A stretch of DNA of 64,000 bases from Eledone cirrhosa. Taxonomy: Eukaryota. The notes beneath the pieces are model-generated. The model did not search any database, was not told where the DNA came from, and was given only the letters and a program-made list of their open reading frames with translations. Shown here piece after piece: positions 26,732 through 40,634 of this stretch. Position 1 is the first letter of the stretch, and the number at the start of each line of letters is the position of its first letter. The translations under genes and the position numbers were made by a program. Location of the stretch: the NCBI GenBank assembly GCA_964016885.1, contig OZ024742.1:335420001-335484000 (forward strand). Reading direction: 5' to 3'.

Positions 26732-29700
26732 CTTTCTTTTTATTTGCCACCAGCGCATCAAAGAGTGGCACAAGTACAATGGGGGGAGTTTACATAAAAA
26801 GGCGTCCTCAATAAGGAGGAGGCAATAACAAAATATAAAAATATAAAATATAAAATATAACAAAGATAAATTGAATAACAACATCCTCAATAGGGAGGAG
26901 GCGCCTTGGGGGGTCACACACGCCCCCGAAAAAAGTGTGCAACCCTTCTCTTCGGGAGCACAGAGAGAGGGTGCTCCCTTGATCTTTCATCTTTCTCACC
27001 TACAGTCTGATGTAAAGTAAAGGCCCATTCACACGGGCCATTCTCGCCACTTTCACCCATCTTTAATAGAAACGGCATGGGTGCAGTACCTCTCTCTCCA
27101 TCCTGATCCTTCTTCCGAAATGATATCGGAAGAAACGGACCAGTTGTTGGCCAGAGAGAAAGGTGTTTGACCTCAGTCCTTTCAGACGCGTCCACCACAC
27201 AACCTCTTTCGCCATGGCTATTACGGCACAGAAACACCGCCTCTCCTTCGTTTTTGAAGAGAGGAGGCGGCTTGATCGTTACAATAGACTCGGTGATCAA
27301 CCGGATCGGTCCCAACCGTGACAGCAGTTGTTCGACATAGCCCCACAGATCGGCAATGCCCGAGCAGTGTACCAATGCGGGTGCAACGGTTTCCTCGTCG
27401 CACACGAATCTGGGACAGATCTTTTTCGAGGGGTCCCTACTCTGGCGCCCGTGTCTGTAGAGCCTTTCTCGAACGGGAAGATCCCCTCTGTAGCACTGCC
27501 TGGCCAGGGACCTCTGGAAGTTATCCATAGGTCCCGGGCTGAATGTCCTACCGAACAGGTTGGCCAGTTCGTCTTCCTCCATGCCTAGGGCTTCTCCGAG
27601 GGCGTCGTCGCACCTGCTAACCAACAGCCCTCTATAGAATGACGAGGTGGATTCTCCACTGACAGCCGGGTCCGCCTGCCAGAGAGCCGTGAGCGCCTGG
27701 GCACACTCGGTGTGCCAGGCGCCCAGTTTTCTCGGTCTTTGCTTGACCCAGGGTTGCAGCTCGGTGAGCGTGACGAGTCTGGGAAATGCTCGCCTCACAA
27801 ACGGGGCCCACACCGGTTGACCGGTGAGGAATACCTGGAGGTGCCGTAGCCTTAATGCGTGTTTACGCATCATAAGTCACGGCATCCCCAGCCCTCCTTT
27901 CGAAGGGTGTTGACAGCAGATGGATCTCCACACCATAGGACCCCGCTTCTTCCAAAGGAATTGGAAGAGTGCGCGCTCCATTTTGGCGAGCGTTTCCCAT
28001 GGGCAAGGCACGACGGTCAGGCGGTAGTAGATGACGGACGCTATATAAGTGTTTGCCACCTCCGCCCGACCTTTCAGGGACAGTTTGCACTCGGCCCACT
28101 TCTGGGTCAGTGCAAACACCCTGTTCGTTACCTCACCTCAGTTCTTCTCCACCTGAAGGTCTGGTCCGAACCAGACGCCGAGCAACTTCACCGGGCCCTC
28201 CGTCCAGCGCCCGACGACGCCATCGGAGGGTATCGATTTGCCCCTCCACGTGCCGAGTTGCAGACCGATCGACTTGTCCCAGTTAAGCTTAGCCCCTGTA
28301 AAGCTTTCGTACTCCTCCAGTAAGGTGCCGATCGCCCCGATTTCCGAGGCCGTCGACACCATTACTGTTACGTCATCGGCGTAGGCCTACACCGTTTTCC
28401 GCAATCCCGGTTCCAACGAGATGCCCTACAACAACTCCAACTTCCGCAGTAGTGGCTCTAGAGTCACTACATACAGAAGGGAGGAGAGACGACACCCTTG
28501 TCGGATGGACCGCGCGATTTCGAACGGCTCCGAGAGGTAGTCGTTTACTTTGACCCTAGAGCAGATGCGGCTGCTGTGCATGGCATTGATCCAGCCCCTG
28601 AAAACGAGTCCGAATCTGCCGCCACTAGCACCGCATCCAGGTAACCATGGTCGACCCTATCGAACGCCTTAGATTTATCCAAGTTGATCAGGGCCCCACC
28701 AAAGCCGGGTTCGTTCCCAACCCTCTCTATGATGTATCTCATGAGGTGGAGGTTGTCGTGGATGGACCTGGACGGGATAGCACATGTCTGCGCATCTCCC
28801 ACCAGGTTGCCCACGACAAGCGCCAACCTCTTTGCTAGCACCTTGGCCAAAATCTGTAACTCTGTATTTAGCAGAGTTATGGGCCTGAAATTATTTATAT
28901 CGTCCCCCTTGTTCTCGTCCTTCCTCACTAGCGTGACTACGCCTTGGTCACAGCACAGGGAATTCTCCCGTTCTGTTGTCAGTTGCAGTAGACCGTCTCG
29001 AGGAGATCGGGAACAAGTCTGGCATAGCTAGATATAGTTCGTATGGAAGACCATCGAAACCCGGGGATTTGCGTTTGCCGCATTAGCTCAGCACTTCCTC
29101 TATCTCAGCGGCTGAAATCGGCTCCTCGCAGGACTTCGCCTCCCTGTCCGAGAGACGCGGCAGGCCGTCGAGGTAAGGACCGAAGTCCACGTCCCCAACC
29201 GGCCCCCCGCCCCTTCCGAACAATCCGGCAAAGTGCTTTTGAAAAGCCTCGCACATCTGTTTAGGTTCAAGGATCACCCGTCCATCCTGGTCTCGCAAAG
29301 ACCGGATAGTGGATCTGCTCCCTCTTTTGGCTTCTCTCACGCGGGCCCAGCTAACAGCTTTGGTCCCCTCGTTTCCCAGAGCACGTATTTTGCTTCGGAC
29401 GATGCAGCCTTCGTGTTTCGCGTCGAAGAACTGGCCCAGGGCCGTTCTCAACGCTAGCACTCTGGCCACGTCGCCGCTTCTAATTGCCTCTTCTACACTA
29501 TCTACCAACTCCCTTTCCTTCCTATTTCTATTGGAGGCTAACTCCTTACTAAATTCTATAGAGACTACTCTAATCTCTCTTTTGAGAGATCCCCACCACC
29601 TGCTGTTGACGATGGCGTCCGTCAACCGCTCCCTAACTAAGGTGCTAATCCGGTCCCTGTAAGCCTTACTTGCCGGTAAGGACAAGTTGAGCTTCCAGTA

Positions 29701-31963
29701 ACCGGGTCCCTGTCTATGAGTTCTGTCAAGGTTGATCATGCAGGTCACTAACTTGTGGTCTGAATAGCCAACCATGCGCATTTTTGGACAACTTAAAAAG
29801 TCCTTATCCTTATTTCTAACTAAGAACCTATCTAGGTACGACCTTGATGATCCGCTACGATTTGCCCAAGTCCAGGTTGGCGCAGTCGGAAAATCTAGTC
29901 GATATCTATCGGCCAGGTCAAATCGACCGATTAACCTTTTGAGGCTATTACACCTCTCTCTATCGGGACAGGCCCCTACGTAGTCCCAGCGTGCATCTAG
30001 GATACCATTCCAGTCCCCCACTAATAGCAAGGAGCGGGACGTCCCTAGAAAAGTCTCCAGACGATGGAAGAAATCTGGCCGCATTGACCCGAAAGGGCCG
30101 TAGGCGGCTACCAACCTAAACGCCCCGCCTTTACCACTACCAAGGTCCAGAACCACTAGTCGACCCTCCGGGTCCAAATGTACCATCTGTGTTGCGAGAC
30201 CCAGATGTTTTTGCAGCAGAACGACAACTCCACCCCCACCTCCGGGCTGACAGAGAGATGCGTGCATCTCAAAGTCATCAAAGGTGGGGGCCAGCTGTCG
30301 CACGTTGCTGATCCGAGCCTCGCAAATAACCATCACATCTATACGTTGTGACCTGAGGTCATTTAGAAGCATTGCTTGCTTCCAAGTTGAGCCCAGGCCA
30401 CGCGCATTTAAACAGCCTACTCTTAGCATAGCCATGTTGGTGGTGAAGAGAAAAGGCACTTACCTCTCTGCGTCCCGGGTATCGGGCTGCACAATTTCCA
30501 TTAGGGTGGGGGATGGGTTGTTGGGTGGGGTGGTGGTTTGTGGAAGTGTAGGGGCATCAGTGTGTTGTGTGGATGGGGAGCTTGGAGTTGTGTGAGTGTT
30601 TGGGGAGGGGGTGGGGTAGTTTTTTAGGAGGACGCGGTTAATGGCCCGACGCAGGGGGGACCCACGTCCTCTTTAAAATTGTTTTTTAAAGTTTTATAGG
30701 TGTCCTGTGGGGCCTTAATCATTTTGAGGTGGGGGAAATCCCCTGCCTGGGTGAAGTTAGGCCCTTGTGTTTTTATTAGATTGTTGTTGTACACAATGTT
30801 TAACAGTTTTTTGTTTCTTGTGTTTATGTATGTGTATGCATGTTTTTGTTTTTGTGTGGTGTTTTTTGTTTGCTGTTGTTGTGAGCTCTTTTGTGTTGGT
30901 GTCAGTGTTATGTTTTGGGGAGGGGTTGTTTTCATTTGTGTGTCTGAGGTGTGTTTTCTTTTTTTTCTTTTGATTGTGTGGAAGTGCTCCTCCTCGTCTG
31001 ACGACGAACTAGGGTCATCTTCCGCGTTGGAGGGGAGGGGTATATTTTCGGGTTGTGTTTGCGGTGCGGGTATTTTGGAAATTGTTTTTGTTTTTTGAGT
31101 GGAGGGGATGGGTTGGACATTGTTTTGTTTTGGTTTGAGCTGTGGTGGTTGTTTTTGTAGTGGTAGTTGTGGTGATTGTGTTGGTTGTGCAGTTGTTGGT
31201 GGTGTAGGCAGGATTGGGGTTTTCTTATTAAGTTGGGGACAGACAGCCCTCAGGTGACCTCTGGTTCCGCAGAGGTAACACGAGGGCCGTCTACCCTCAA
31301 CGGTAATGTTGATGAAGGTTAGATCATCCAGTATGACGCGTTCAGGGATCTGAGCGATCCTTTCGGGCCTCATTTGAACTACAAGTTCGAGGCTCGTTCC
31401 ACTGAACGCGTCACCCGATGCCTTTCCCATGGACACCAGCATGTCTTCCTCCAGGTCCGGGAAACCTGTCAAAACCCACCATATGTCCATAATCGGCAGG
31501 ATGGTGTGGATTTTTATTTTTTGTGTTCTTCTACCCATGTACGTAGGGTAGAAGGTGTATGCGGTGGATGTGATTGGTTTGATGGACAGTTTCACTGCTG
31601 TGTCCCTGTCCTTCATGAGAATGGATAGACTCCCGTAGAGTCTATCCTTCTGAATGAAGGTGATGTCCTTCATGACGTCTTTTAAAACCAGCTCTATCTC
31701 ACTCTGTGATGATTGAGCTGGTTTTTACTTTTGTTCGAGATTGTCCTAAACATGACCGTGTTTAGGAGTCTCTGGCTTTTTAGTTCCGGGGGGGGAATGG
31801 ATTGTGAATGAACCATTTTCTCCGTACACTATATATTTTTTCGCATCTGCCAGTAGCTCCTTCGCTTTGGTTATATCTACTGGCAGATAGTCGAGGGTTT
31901 TCCTTGTCGTCTCGGCGAAGGAGAAATTTTGTTTGTTTGTGTTGTTGTTGTCGTTGGTGGTGT
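26731..31963 (-). mobile_element. Tx1-like LINE copy D, 5'-truncated and degenerate
   Basis: Colinear with C; CYLCGTRGHLRAVC knuckle; several stops and frameshifts; 'tagatagata' at the 5' flank. Confidence 0.9.
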
Positions 31964-33066
31964 TAGATAGATAATATGTTATCTTTTTTAACGTCACATA
32001 AACACTTTTTCTGATATTCAAGATGGCTGACTTTGCGAATAGGAAGGAAGGCGAATACTCTAAATGTATGACGATCTAGTTTATTTAACTTTCATAGAGT
32101 TCACACAGAAGGTACAGTTCATAATTCTACATAACAAAGTGTAACTGGTGACTAGTTCATTGGGCTAAAGAACTCAGTTCATGTCCTCTATTGGCTAACT
32201 AGTGATGCTTGTGTGTGTGTGGATGAGCTGTATGTGTACTTGAGTGAGTCTGTGTCAGAAGTGAAAGAGATTTTGTCGCCTCTGGTTTATTCTATAAATA
32301 ATGTCTGACTGAGGAGAGTGAGGCCAGAAAGAACCAGAAACAGATGGATATAATACATAAAAGAACGAAAATGTAAGGAGAAAGAAAAACAAACGAAAAA
32401 AAAACGTGTTTTATTCTAAAGTTAAATAAGAACAAAAATAATGAATTCATCAAAAATTAATATAAATGAAATATTGAATGAATAGAAATATATTTCACTG
32501 TTCCAGAATAATCGAATTATATCTTTTTTTTCTTTTTTTTTTACAATCACATGAGAGTATAACAATCAAAATGGCCTGAAAATCATTTTTCCACCGAGTA
32601 ATCTGCAAACAACAAAATAAATCACCATTTAAATCTAGTATCAAAGAGAATTCTATATTATAAAAAAAATGGGTTAGCAGACGACAAGATAGACAGGTTT
32701 TAAAATATCGTTTGCTTGTTTGAAGTTTTGTTTCCGTAACATGTGTATAACAAACTGGGTACTTTTGACGGAAGCCATACTGATGTGAAAACATATTCCT
32801 CTTCTTTTTACGATCTTTTCCGACATTTTCTTGGAAGTTTTGGAATTCCAAGATTTTCATTTTGTTTTGTTTTTGCTTTTGTTTTTGTTTTTTGTTTGTT
32901 TTTTCCGTTCTTTTAATTTTAGTTTTCTTCCTTCTCGTTTTAATTTACTTTCTGTTATATTTCTTTCCCCTTTCTTTCTATATTTAATTCTATTTTCGTT
33001 ATTTCTTCATTATATTTATTTCTCCCTCTTCGCCGCACCTCTCTATCTCTAACTCTCACTCTATCA

Positions 33067-33067
<1 letters not shown>

Positions 33068-33138
<71 letters not shown>

Positions 33139-33730
33139 CTATCTCTCTCTCCGTATCTTTTTCTCTTTCTTTCTGTCTCGTGCTTTTTTTACTTTTTCTT
33201 TTTTTCTTTTTTTTCTTTTTTTTTCTTTTTTTCTTTTTTTCTTTTTTTCTTTTTTTCTTTTTTTCTTTTTTTCTTTTTTTTTCTTTTTTATTCTTTCTTT
33301 CTTTTTTCTTTTTTTCTTTTTTTCCTTCTTTTTTTTTCTTTTTTCTTTTTTTCTTTTTTTTTCTTTTTTTTTCTTTTTTTCTTTGATTTCTTCCGGGTTT
33401 CGTTTGATGTTTCTTCCTCGTTCTTATATATTTCTTCTTCTTCTTCTTCTTCTTCTTCTTCTTCTTCTTCTTCTTCTTCTTCTTCTTCTTCTTCTTCTTC
33501 TTCTTTCTCTCTTTCTTTCTTTCTTTCTTCTCTTTCTGCTTTTCATTCTTTTAGTAATCCGAATTCATTTTGTTCTCGATGTCATTGAAGACAACTTCCT
33601 CGTCGTCGTCGTCGTTGTCGTTGTTGTTGTTGTTGGTGGTGCTGCTGTTGTTGTTGTTGGTGCTGCTGCTGCTGTTGTTGTTGTTGTTGTTGTTGTTGTT
33701 ATCCTTGTTGCTATTATTGTCATTGTTGTG
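33068..33730. repeat. Simple repeats (CTTT)n, T-rich, (CTT)n, (GTT)n
   Basis: Seen directly. Confidence 0.9.
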
Positions 33731-33918
33731 TGTTTTTATTCCTCCATTCATTAAACGTTTACATTTTATTCCAGTGTAAGGGAATAGGAAAAGAAAGAAA
33801 GAAGGAAAGGAAGGGAGGAAGGCAGAACTACGGGAGAAATTAATATATCCAGTTAAACTGCACTCAGATAACATTTATTGATTGAAGAATTAACGTCGTA
33901 AAAACGAGACAAAGTACG

Positions 33919-35820
33919 TATGTCTTTCTTTGTCATTTACATATCTTTTATATGTCATTTATATACCTTTATATATCTTTTATGTCATTTATATATCCTT
34001 TACATATCTTTTGTATGTCATTTATATACCTTTACATATCTTTTATATGTCATTTATATACCTTTATATATCTTTTACATATCTTTTATACCTTTCTTAT
34101 ATATCTTTCTTATATATCTTTTATATCTTTCTTATATGTCTTTTATATACTTCTACATATCCTTTATATCTTTCTTATATGTCGTTTATATACCTTTATA
34201 TACGTTTATATACCTTTATATATCCTTTATATCTTTCTTACATATCTTTCTTATACGTCCTTTATATCTTTCCTATATATCTTTTATATACCTTTATATA
34301 TCCTGTATACCTTTCTTACATATCTTTTTTATATGTCTTTTATATCTTTCTTATATAAGTTATATATATATTATGCTTTTTATATCTTATATAACATACA
34401 TATTATATATATCTTACCACATATATCTCATATAGCATATAGATCATATATATATGTGATACGAGGTGTGTCAGAAAAGTTCCAGGACTGATGTCACAAA
34501 AGATTTATTTCAAACCCAAACTTCACACTAAGAGTTTTCCCCTTCAAAGTAATCCCCCTGATGTATGTAACTGTAATCTTAGCTCTCTGCAGCAATCAAA
34601 CTTTTTTCTTCATAATTTTATATACATGTCCTCTGTTTCAGGTTGTCAAGCAATGATCACAGAGCAACGAACAAACTTGAAGTTTCTGGTACGGTTGCTG
34701 CAGCAAGTGTATGGAGATGAGACGATGTCATGCTCACGTGTTTTTGAGTGGTGCAAGAGGTTTAAAGAAGAACGCGAGGACGTGGAAGATGTCCCCAGGA
34801 GCGGAAGGTTCTCAACAACCAGGACTGAGGTCAACGTTGAGCGCATCAGGCAGATGGTGCGTAGCGATCGTCGGCTGACTGTTCGACTGATGGCAAATGA
34901 GCTGGGCATGAATCGGGACAGCGTCTGGAAGATTCTCACTGAAGATTTGGACATGCGGAAAGTCTGCGCGAAGATGGTGCCAAAACTGCTGAACGATGAC
35001 CAGAAGGGTCGACGCATGCAAGTGTGCCAGGACATCCTCGAGTGTCTTAAAACCGAACCAGCCTTGCTAGGGACAGTCATCACCGGTGATGAGTCATGTA
35101 TCTTCGAGTACGACCCGGAGGGGACCGGTTTTGAAGACGTGGACGACATCAAAAAGGCCGTGACGACGGAACTGCAGAGGATCCCGGAAGAATCCTTCCA
35201 GGAGTGCATGCAAGCGTGGCAGAAAAGGATCGAAAAGTACATTAGACTCCAGGGGGATTACTTTGAAGGAGAAAACTCTTAGTGTGAAGTTTGGGTTTGA
35301 AATAAATCTTTTGTGACATCAGTCCTGGAACTTTTCTGACACACCTCGTATACCATATATATCATATATATAATATATATCTTATATTATATATCTTATA
35401 TACCACATATATCATATGTATCTTATATATCCTATGTATCTTATACATCATACATATCATATATATCATATATATCCTATATATCTTTTATACCATATAT
35501 ATCTTATAGACCATATATATCATATATATTTTATATACCATATATACTATATATACCATATATATCATATATATCTTATATATCATACATATAATATATA
35601 TATATCCTATATATCTTATATACCACATATATCATATATATCATATATATCAAATATATATCATATATATCATATATATCTTATATATTTTAAGTATTGT
35701 GTATATATTATATACCACGTGTATCTCATATACCACATACAGCTTATATACCTTATATATCATTTATATTGTATATATCATTTATATTGTATATATCATA
35801 TATAGCATCATATATACTTC
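33919..35820. repeat. AT-rich degenerate minisatellite (tatatctttt/tatatcata) interrupted by the mariner
   Basis: Seen directly. Confidence 0.8.
34462..35348 (+). mobile_element. Internally deleted mariner, 887 bp, 99-bp TIRs, TA target duplication
   Basis: TA|CGAGGTGTGTCAG...CTGACACACCTCG|TA; HTH, MVPKLL (WVPHEL-like), TGDES; catalytic core deleted after YDPE; GDYFEG C-terminus. Confidence 0.92.
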
Positions 35821-35965
35821 ATTTTTATATTTGTTTTACCAGATACTTATTGTGAAACCATGTGTTGAATCAGACACTATAATAGTTTTGGAGGGTCATG
35901 CTGCGAATAGAAAATACATAGGCCAGTGAGTTTTATTTCAGTTTATATTATTTGTCAGGTAACTA

Positions 35966-36315
35966 GGGGCGGTGGCTTGACAGAATCGGTAGAGCATCGT
36001 ACGCCATGCTTCGCTGCATAGAGTTACGGCCCTTTACGTACTGATCTCAAATCCCGGCAATGTTAGCTTTACCTTTCATCCTTACGGGGTCGATAAAATA
36101 AAGTACCAGTAACGCACCGGGATCGATGTAATCGACTTTCCCCCTCTCCCCAAAATTGCTGGCCTTGTGCCTAAATCAGAAATCATTATTTACGGTCTGA
36201 GTTCAAATCCCGCCGAGGTTAACTTTGCTTTTCATCCTTACGGGGTCGATAAAATAAAGTACCAGTAATGTACTGGATATTTGCTGGCCTTGCGCCAAAA
36301 GTAGAAACAATTATT
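35966..36315 (+). mobile_element. tRNA-derived SINE plus partial second copy
   Basis: A/B-box-like head; 'ctttcatccttacggggtcgataaaataaagtaccagt' occurs twice. Confidence 0.8.
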
Positions 36316-36369
36316 AGTCAGGTAACTAAATCGATTCATCAGTTGGTTTATCAACCAAATGGTTATTTA

Positions 36370-36500
<131 letters not shown>

Positions 36501-36639
36501 GCGTGTACATGTGTGAGTGCGTGTGCTATGTGTTTTAAACCTCTGATAATGAGTAAATCGGTTGTTCACCCAACGGAGCAATCTGCTCGTGTACCCTCAA
36601 CTAAAGGAGTTCTCATTGGCATTGAATACGACACACTGT

Positions 36640-36765
36640 GTGACAAGGCTGCCCCTTTGAATGGACAGGAGGGGCAACGTGAAATAAAGTGTCTTGCTCA
36701 AGGACACAACACACTACCAGAAACCGAACTGAAGACCTTTCCATCTAACCACTAAGCCATGCGCC
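36640..36765 (-). mobile_element. tRNA-derived SINE, same family as 13132
   Basis: Reverse complement of gtgtccttgagcaagacactttatttcacgttg. Confidence 0.75.
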
Positions 36766-36828
36766 TGCACTGCACTATATTAATATATATATAGGGTTGT
36801 CCTTCCTGTACCTATAACCATACACATC

Positions 36829-36868
36829 CCGAGCTGAAGATCCGCGAAGGTGAAACAATTGTTCTCGG
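36829..36868 (+). ncRNA. Type I hammerhead ribozyme in a ~108-bp island within (TA)n
   Basis: CCGAG-CUGAAGA-uCC-gcgaa-GGu-GAAA-CAAUUG-UU-CUCGG; stem I extended by ACCAUA/UAUGGU. Confidence 0.8.
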
Positions 36869-36896
36869 TATGGTGAACTAACTGTTGTGTAACCAC

Positions 36897-36960
<64 letters not shown>

Positions 36961-36965
<5 letters not shown>

Positions 36966-37432
36966 TAAGAGGAATTCCAACTTTGTCTGATTTACTCGTT
37001 TTATTTACAATCCTTTAAAATATATAATGGTATTATAATGAAATAGTATGATAGAATATTAAATTCTAAGTGTTAATTGAACAAGTACTTTCATGCTTTC
37101 GCAATCTTCAGGTTCATAATATGTGGTGACAGTCGAGTTTGCAATTTTCAACTGTTGAAAATTGCAAACTCGACTGTCACCACATATTATGAACCTGAAG
37201 ATTGCGAAAGTATGAAAGTACTTGTTCAATTAACACTTAGAATTTAATATTCTATCATACTATTTCATTATGTTCAATTAACTCTTAGAATTTAATATTC
37301 TATCATACTATTTCATTATAATACCATTATATATTTTAAAGGATTGTAAATAAAACGAGTAAATCAGACAAAGTTGGAATTCCTCTTATTAATATAATCT
37401 TCTATACACAATCATACACACCCGTGTATATT
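36961..37432. mobile_element. Inverted Penelope-like pLTR pair; HHRs at 37078-37116 (-) and 37190-37228 (+)
   Basis: Palindrome centred at 37153; ~35-nt tail on the right arm only. Confidence 0.8.
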
Positions 37433-37446
37433 TACCTATCTATATC

Positions 37447-37523
<77 letters not shown>

Positions 37524-37524
37524 A

Positions 37525-38009
<485 letters not shown>

Positions 38010-38169
38010 GGTTGAGTGTGTGTATGTTTACGTTCTGGATATTTATTGTTTATATATATATTTTTTTTATATATTCTTTTTCGCCTGTTTTTTTTTTCTC
38101 AGCCTCACTTTCATATTTCTTAAATTTTGTTTGCAAATCCATATTTAATAAAGACACCATGTTTTTTTA

Positions 38170-38230
38170 TTCTTTCTGACGACTGAAAACAGATACAACA
38201 TCTGCTTTCAAGAAACCACTGGTAAATGAA
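38170..38230 (+). ncRNA. Hammerhead-like motif
   Basis: CUGACGA-c-UGAAAaCAGAU/AUCUGcUUUCA-a-GAAA-CCacuGG-UA; stem I imperfect. Confidence 0.6.
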
Positions 38231-38259
38231 ATAATTATCTTATGTTGTTTATTACATAA

Positions 38260-38331
<72 letters not shown>

Positions 38332-38334
<3 letters not shown>

Positions 38335-38685
38335 AGAAAGTGAGGTTTTTTTACAAAATGAAAAATAACCGAGGTGTCCTACACGAGTGAAAGTATAAAG
38401 AAAAAAAGATGAAATCCGAAATGCAACTGGAGTCTTATTTTTTTTAAATTATATATATTTATTTGGTTCCTTTACCGGTTTCGCAGTTCTTCTGCTTTTC
38501 AAAGGTAGAGTTGAGATGGTGGGTCTGTGGTTTTTCTCACATCAGATGTGAGAAAAACCACAGACCCTCCATCTCAACTCTACTTTTGAAAAGCAGAAGA
38601 ACTGCGAAACCGGTAAAGGAACCAAATAAATAAATATATGTTTTTTTAAATAAGACACCAGTTGCATTTTCGATTACATCTTTTC
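38332..38685. mobile_element. Inverted pLTR-like pair; U3-A8 HHRs at 38469-38505 (-) and 38583-38619 (+)
   Basis: Palindrome centred at 38544; UUGAAAA-GCAG/CUGC-GAAA-CCGG-UA; left arm longer. Confidence 0.7.
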
Positions 38686-39269
38686 CTCTCTCTCTCTCTA
38701 TATATATATATATGTATATATGAGGAGGAAGTTATAGTTCACTTGAAGCATTGTGTAATGAGGTATAAACGTTTGTATATGTATAATAAAGCCAAAATGG
38801 ACATAGAATAAGGAATGGACATAGTTATGGACATAGTTATGGACACAGTTATGGACATAGAATAAGGAATGCAAATGCAAAAGATATTGTTAACAATTAG
38901 TCTTTTACCTTAGATTTATTTAAATGTCCTTAATTTTCGAGATAATATCTCTTAGGGAAGTAAAGCGGTTAAACCAGTGTTCTAAATAGCTTGCCAAGTC
39001 ATGCTGACAGGAAATGGTATAGAGTATCTGTTTTATCTCTAATGTCAAAGAGTTAAGGTTAGATGGATAAAGAGTAGTCTCCCTTTAAAAAGTTTTTTTT
39101 TGTACATGCCTGTTTAAGTGTGTGGGAGAATGTGTGAGGTGTAAGTATGTGTGTGTGTGAGTGTGAGAAGATATGTCTATACGTAAATGTGGGGGATAGA
39201 TGTTATCTCGTGTTAGAACTGGTCTTTGTGTGTGTATGTGTGTGTGTGAGAGAGAATAAGTGGAGGTGT

Positions 39270-39394
<125 letters not shown>

Positions 39395-39485
39395 CGTGTG
39401 TGTGTGCGTGTGTGTGTGCGTGTGTGTGGGAGGGGGTGTAGATATGGGGCTAGATGCTCTATCAAGTTATAAATTGGGTGTTGAT

Positions 39486-40080
39486 TTCTAGTCTATTATT
39501 GATTGGTGGTTGTGTTTTGTCTATAATTAGTGCTTCCTTAATTCTAAGATTGCCGAGGTTTCTTTCCTTAGTTTCTATCCTAACTGTTATGGTTTTGTCT
39601 GTGTTTTAGCATTTAACTAGTTGTTTCTTAAATGAGGAAGCGTTAGTATTGAGGTGTTCTTTTATTCTTATGTGGAGTGGTCTGGTGGTGCTACCTACGT
39701 TGAAGTTGCTGGATTTGTCGCACTCTAGTCTGTATACGACGTAAGCCTGGTGGTGTAGGTCTGTGTCGTTGATGGGGCAGTTGGCTAGCCTGCAGCGGTT
39801 GTCATGTCTGGTGGTGTGTCTTTTGGTTAGCTGTCCGCGTAGAGAAGGACCTGAGTGGGCCAGTTGGATATCTAGTCCTCTCGTCTGATAGCTCTGCGGA
39901 TGGCTGTTGTTGTTTCGTCACTGAAGTGTGGGAGCTTCAGGAAGCAAGTGTTAGTGCCTCGGGTGTGGTGTCCTCTGTTCTTTCTGGCACGGTTTGTGGT
40001 GGATGTCGTGTATCCGTTCAGTTTGAGTACTTTCAGGAAATGTGTGGTGTGTGTGTCTCGGTCTCTAGCGTCGGTGCATT
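39486..40080 (-). pseudogene. Penelope-like GIY-YIG endonuclease remnant
   Basis: Minus translation YVVYRLECDKSSNFNVGSTTRPLHIRIKEHLN...LRIKEALII..QPPINNRLE. Confidence 0.75.
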
Positions 40081-40161
40081 TGTTATTGTGCCAAAAGTAG
40101 AAACAATTATTAACATTCGAAAACTCAGATTACATTTATTATATTGTTTTATTGATGGCAC

Positions 40162-40246
<85 letters not shown>

Positions 40247-40401
40247 CTCTCTCTATCTCTCTCTCTCTCTATCTATCTATCTCTCTCTCTCTCTCTCTCT
40301 AGTGTGTTACCCCATTCTACATATTGTATTTTAAAGAGCTCAGGATTCCTTCTCTTTGAGCACATTATTGACAGGGAATAACGAGAGTCTATGGCTCTTA
40401 C

Positions 40402-40464
<63 letters not shown>

Positions 40465-40601
40465 CATGATGTACACTCTTCTTTCTCCTTCATTGTTCCC
40501 TTGGCTAAAATTCCAACCCGTGGGGAGCCAAATGCCTCACACATGAAAATTACTGTTCTATATTCTTCCTCCCCCTCTAAACCCATCTCACACTCTTCAT
40601 T

Positions 40602-40634
<33 letters not shown>

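Noticed and set aside
21245-31628. Plus-strand ORFs antisense to the Tx1 copies
   Set aside because: Shadow frames of GC-rich coding sequence
31990-32345. Possible solo LTR or promoter (CCAAT-like boxes, AATAAA on the minus strand)
   Set aside because: No TG..CA termini or target duplication could be defined
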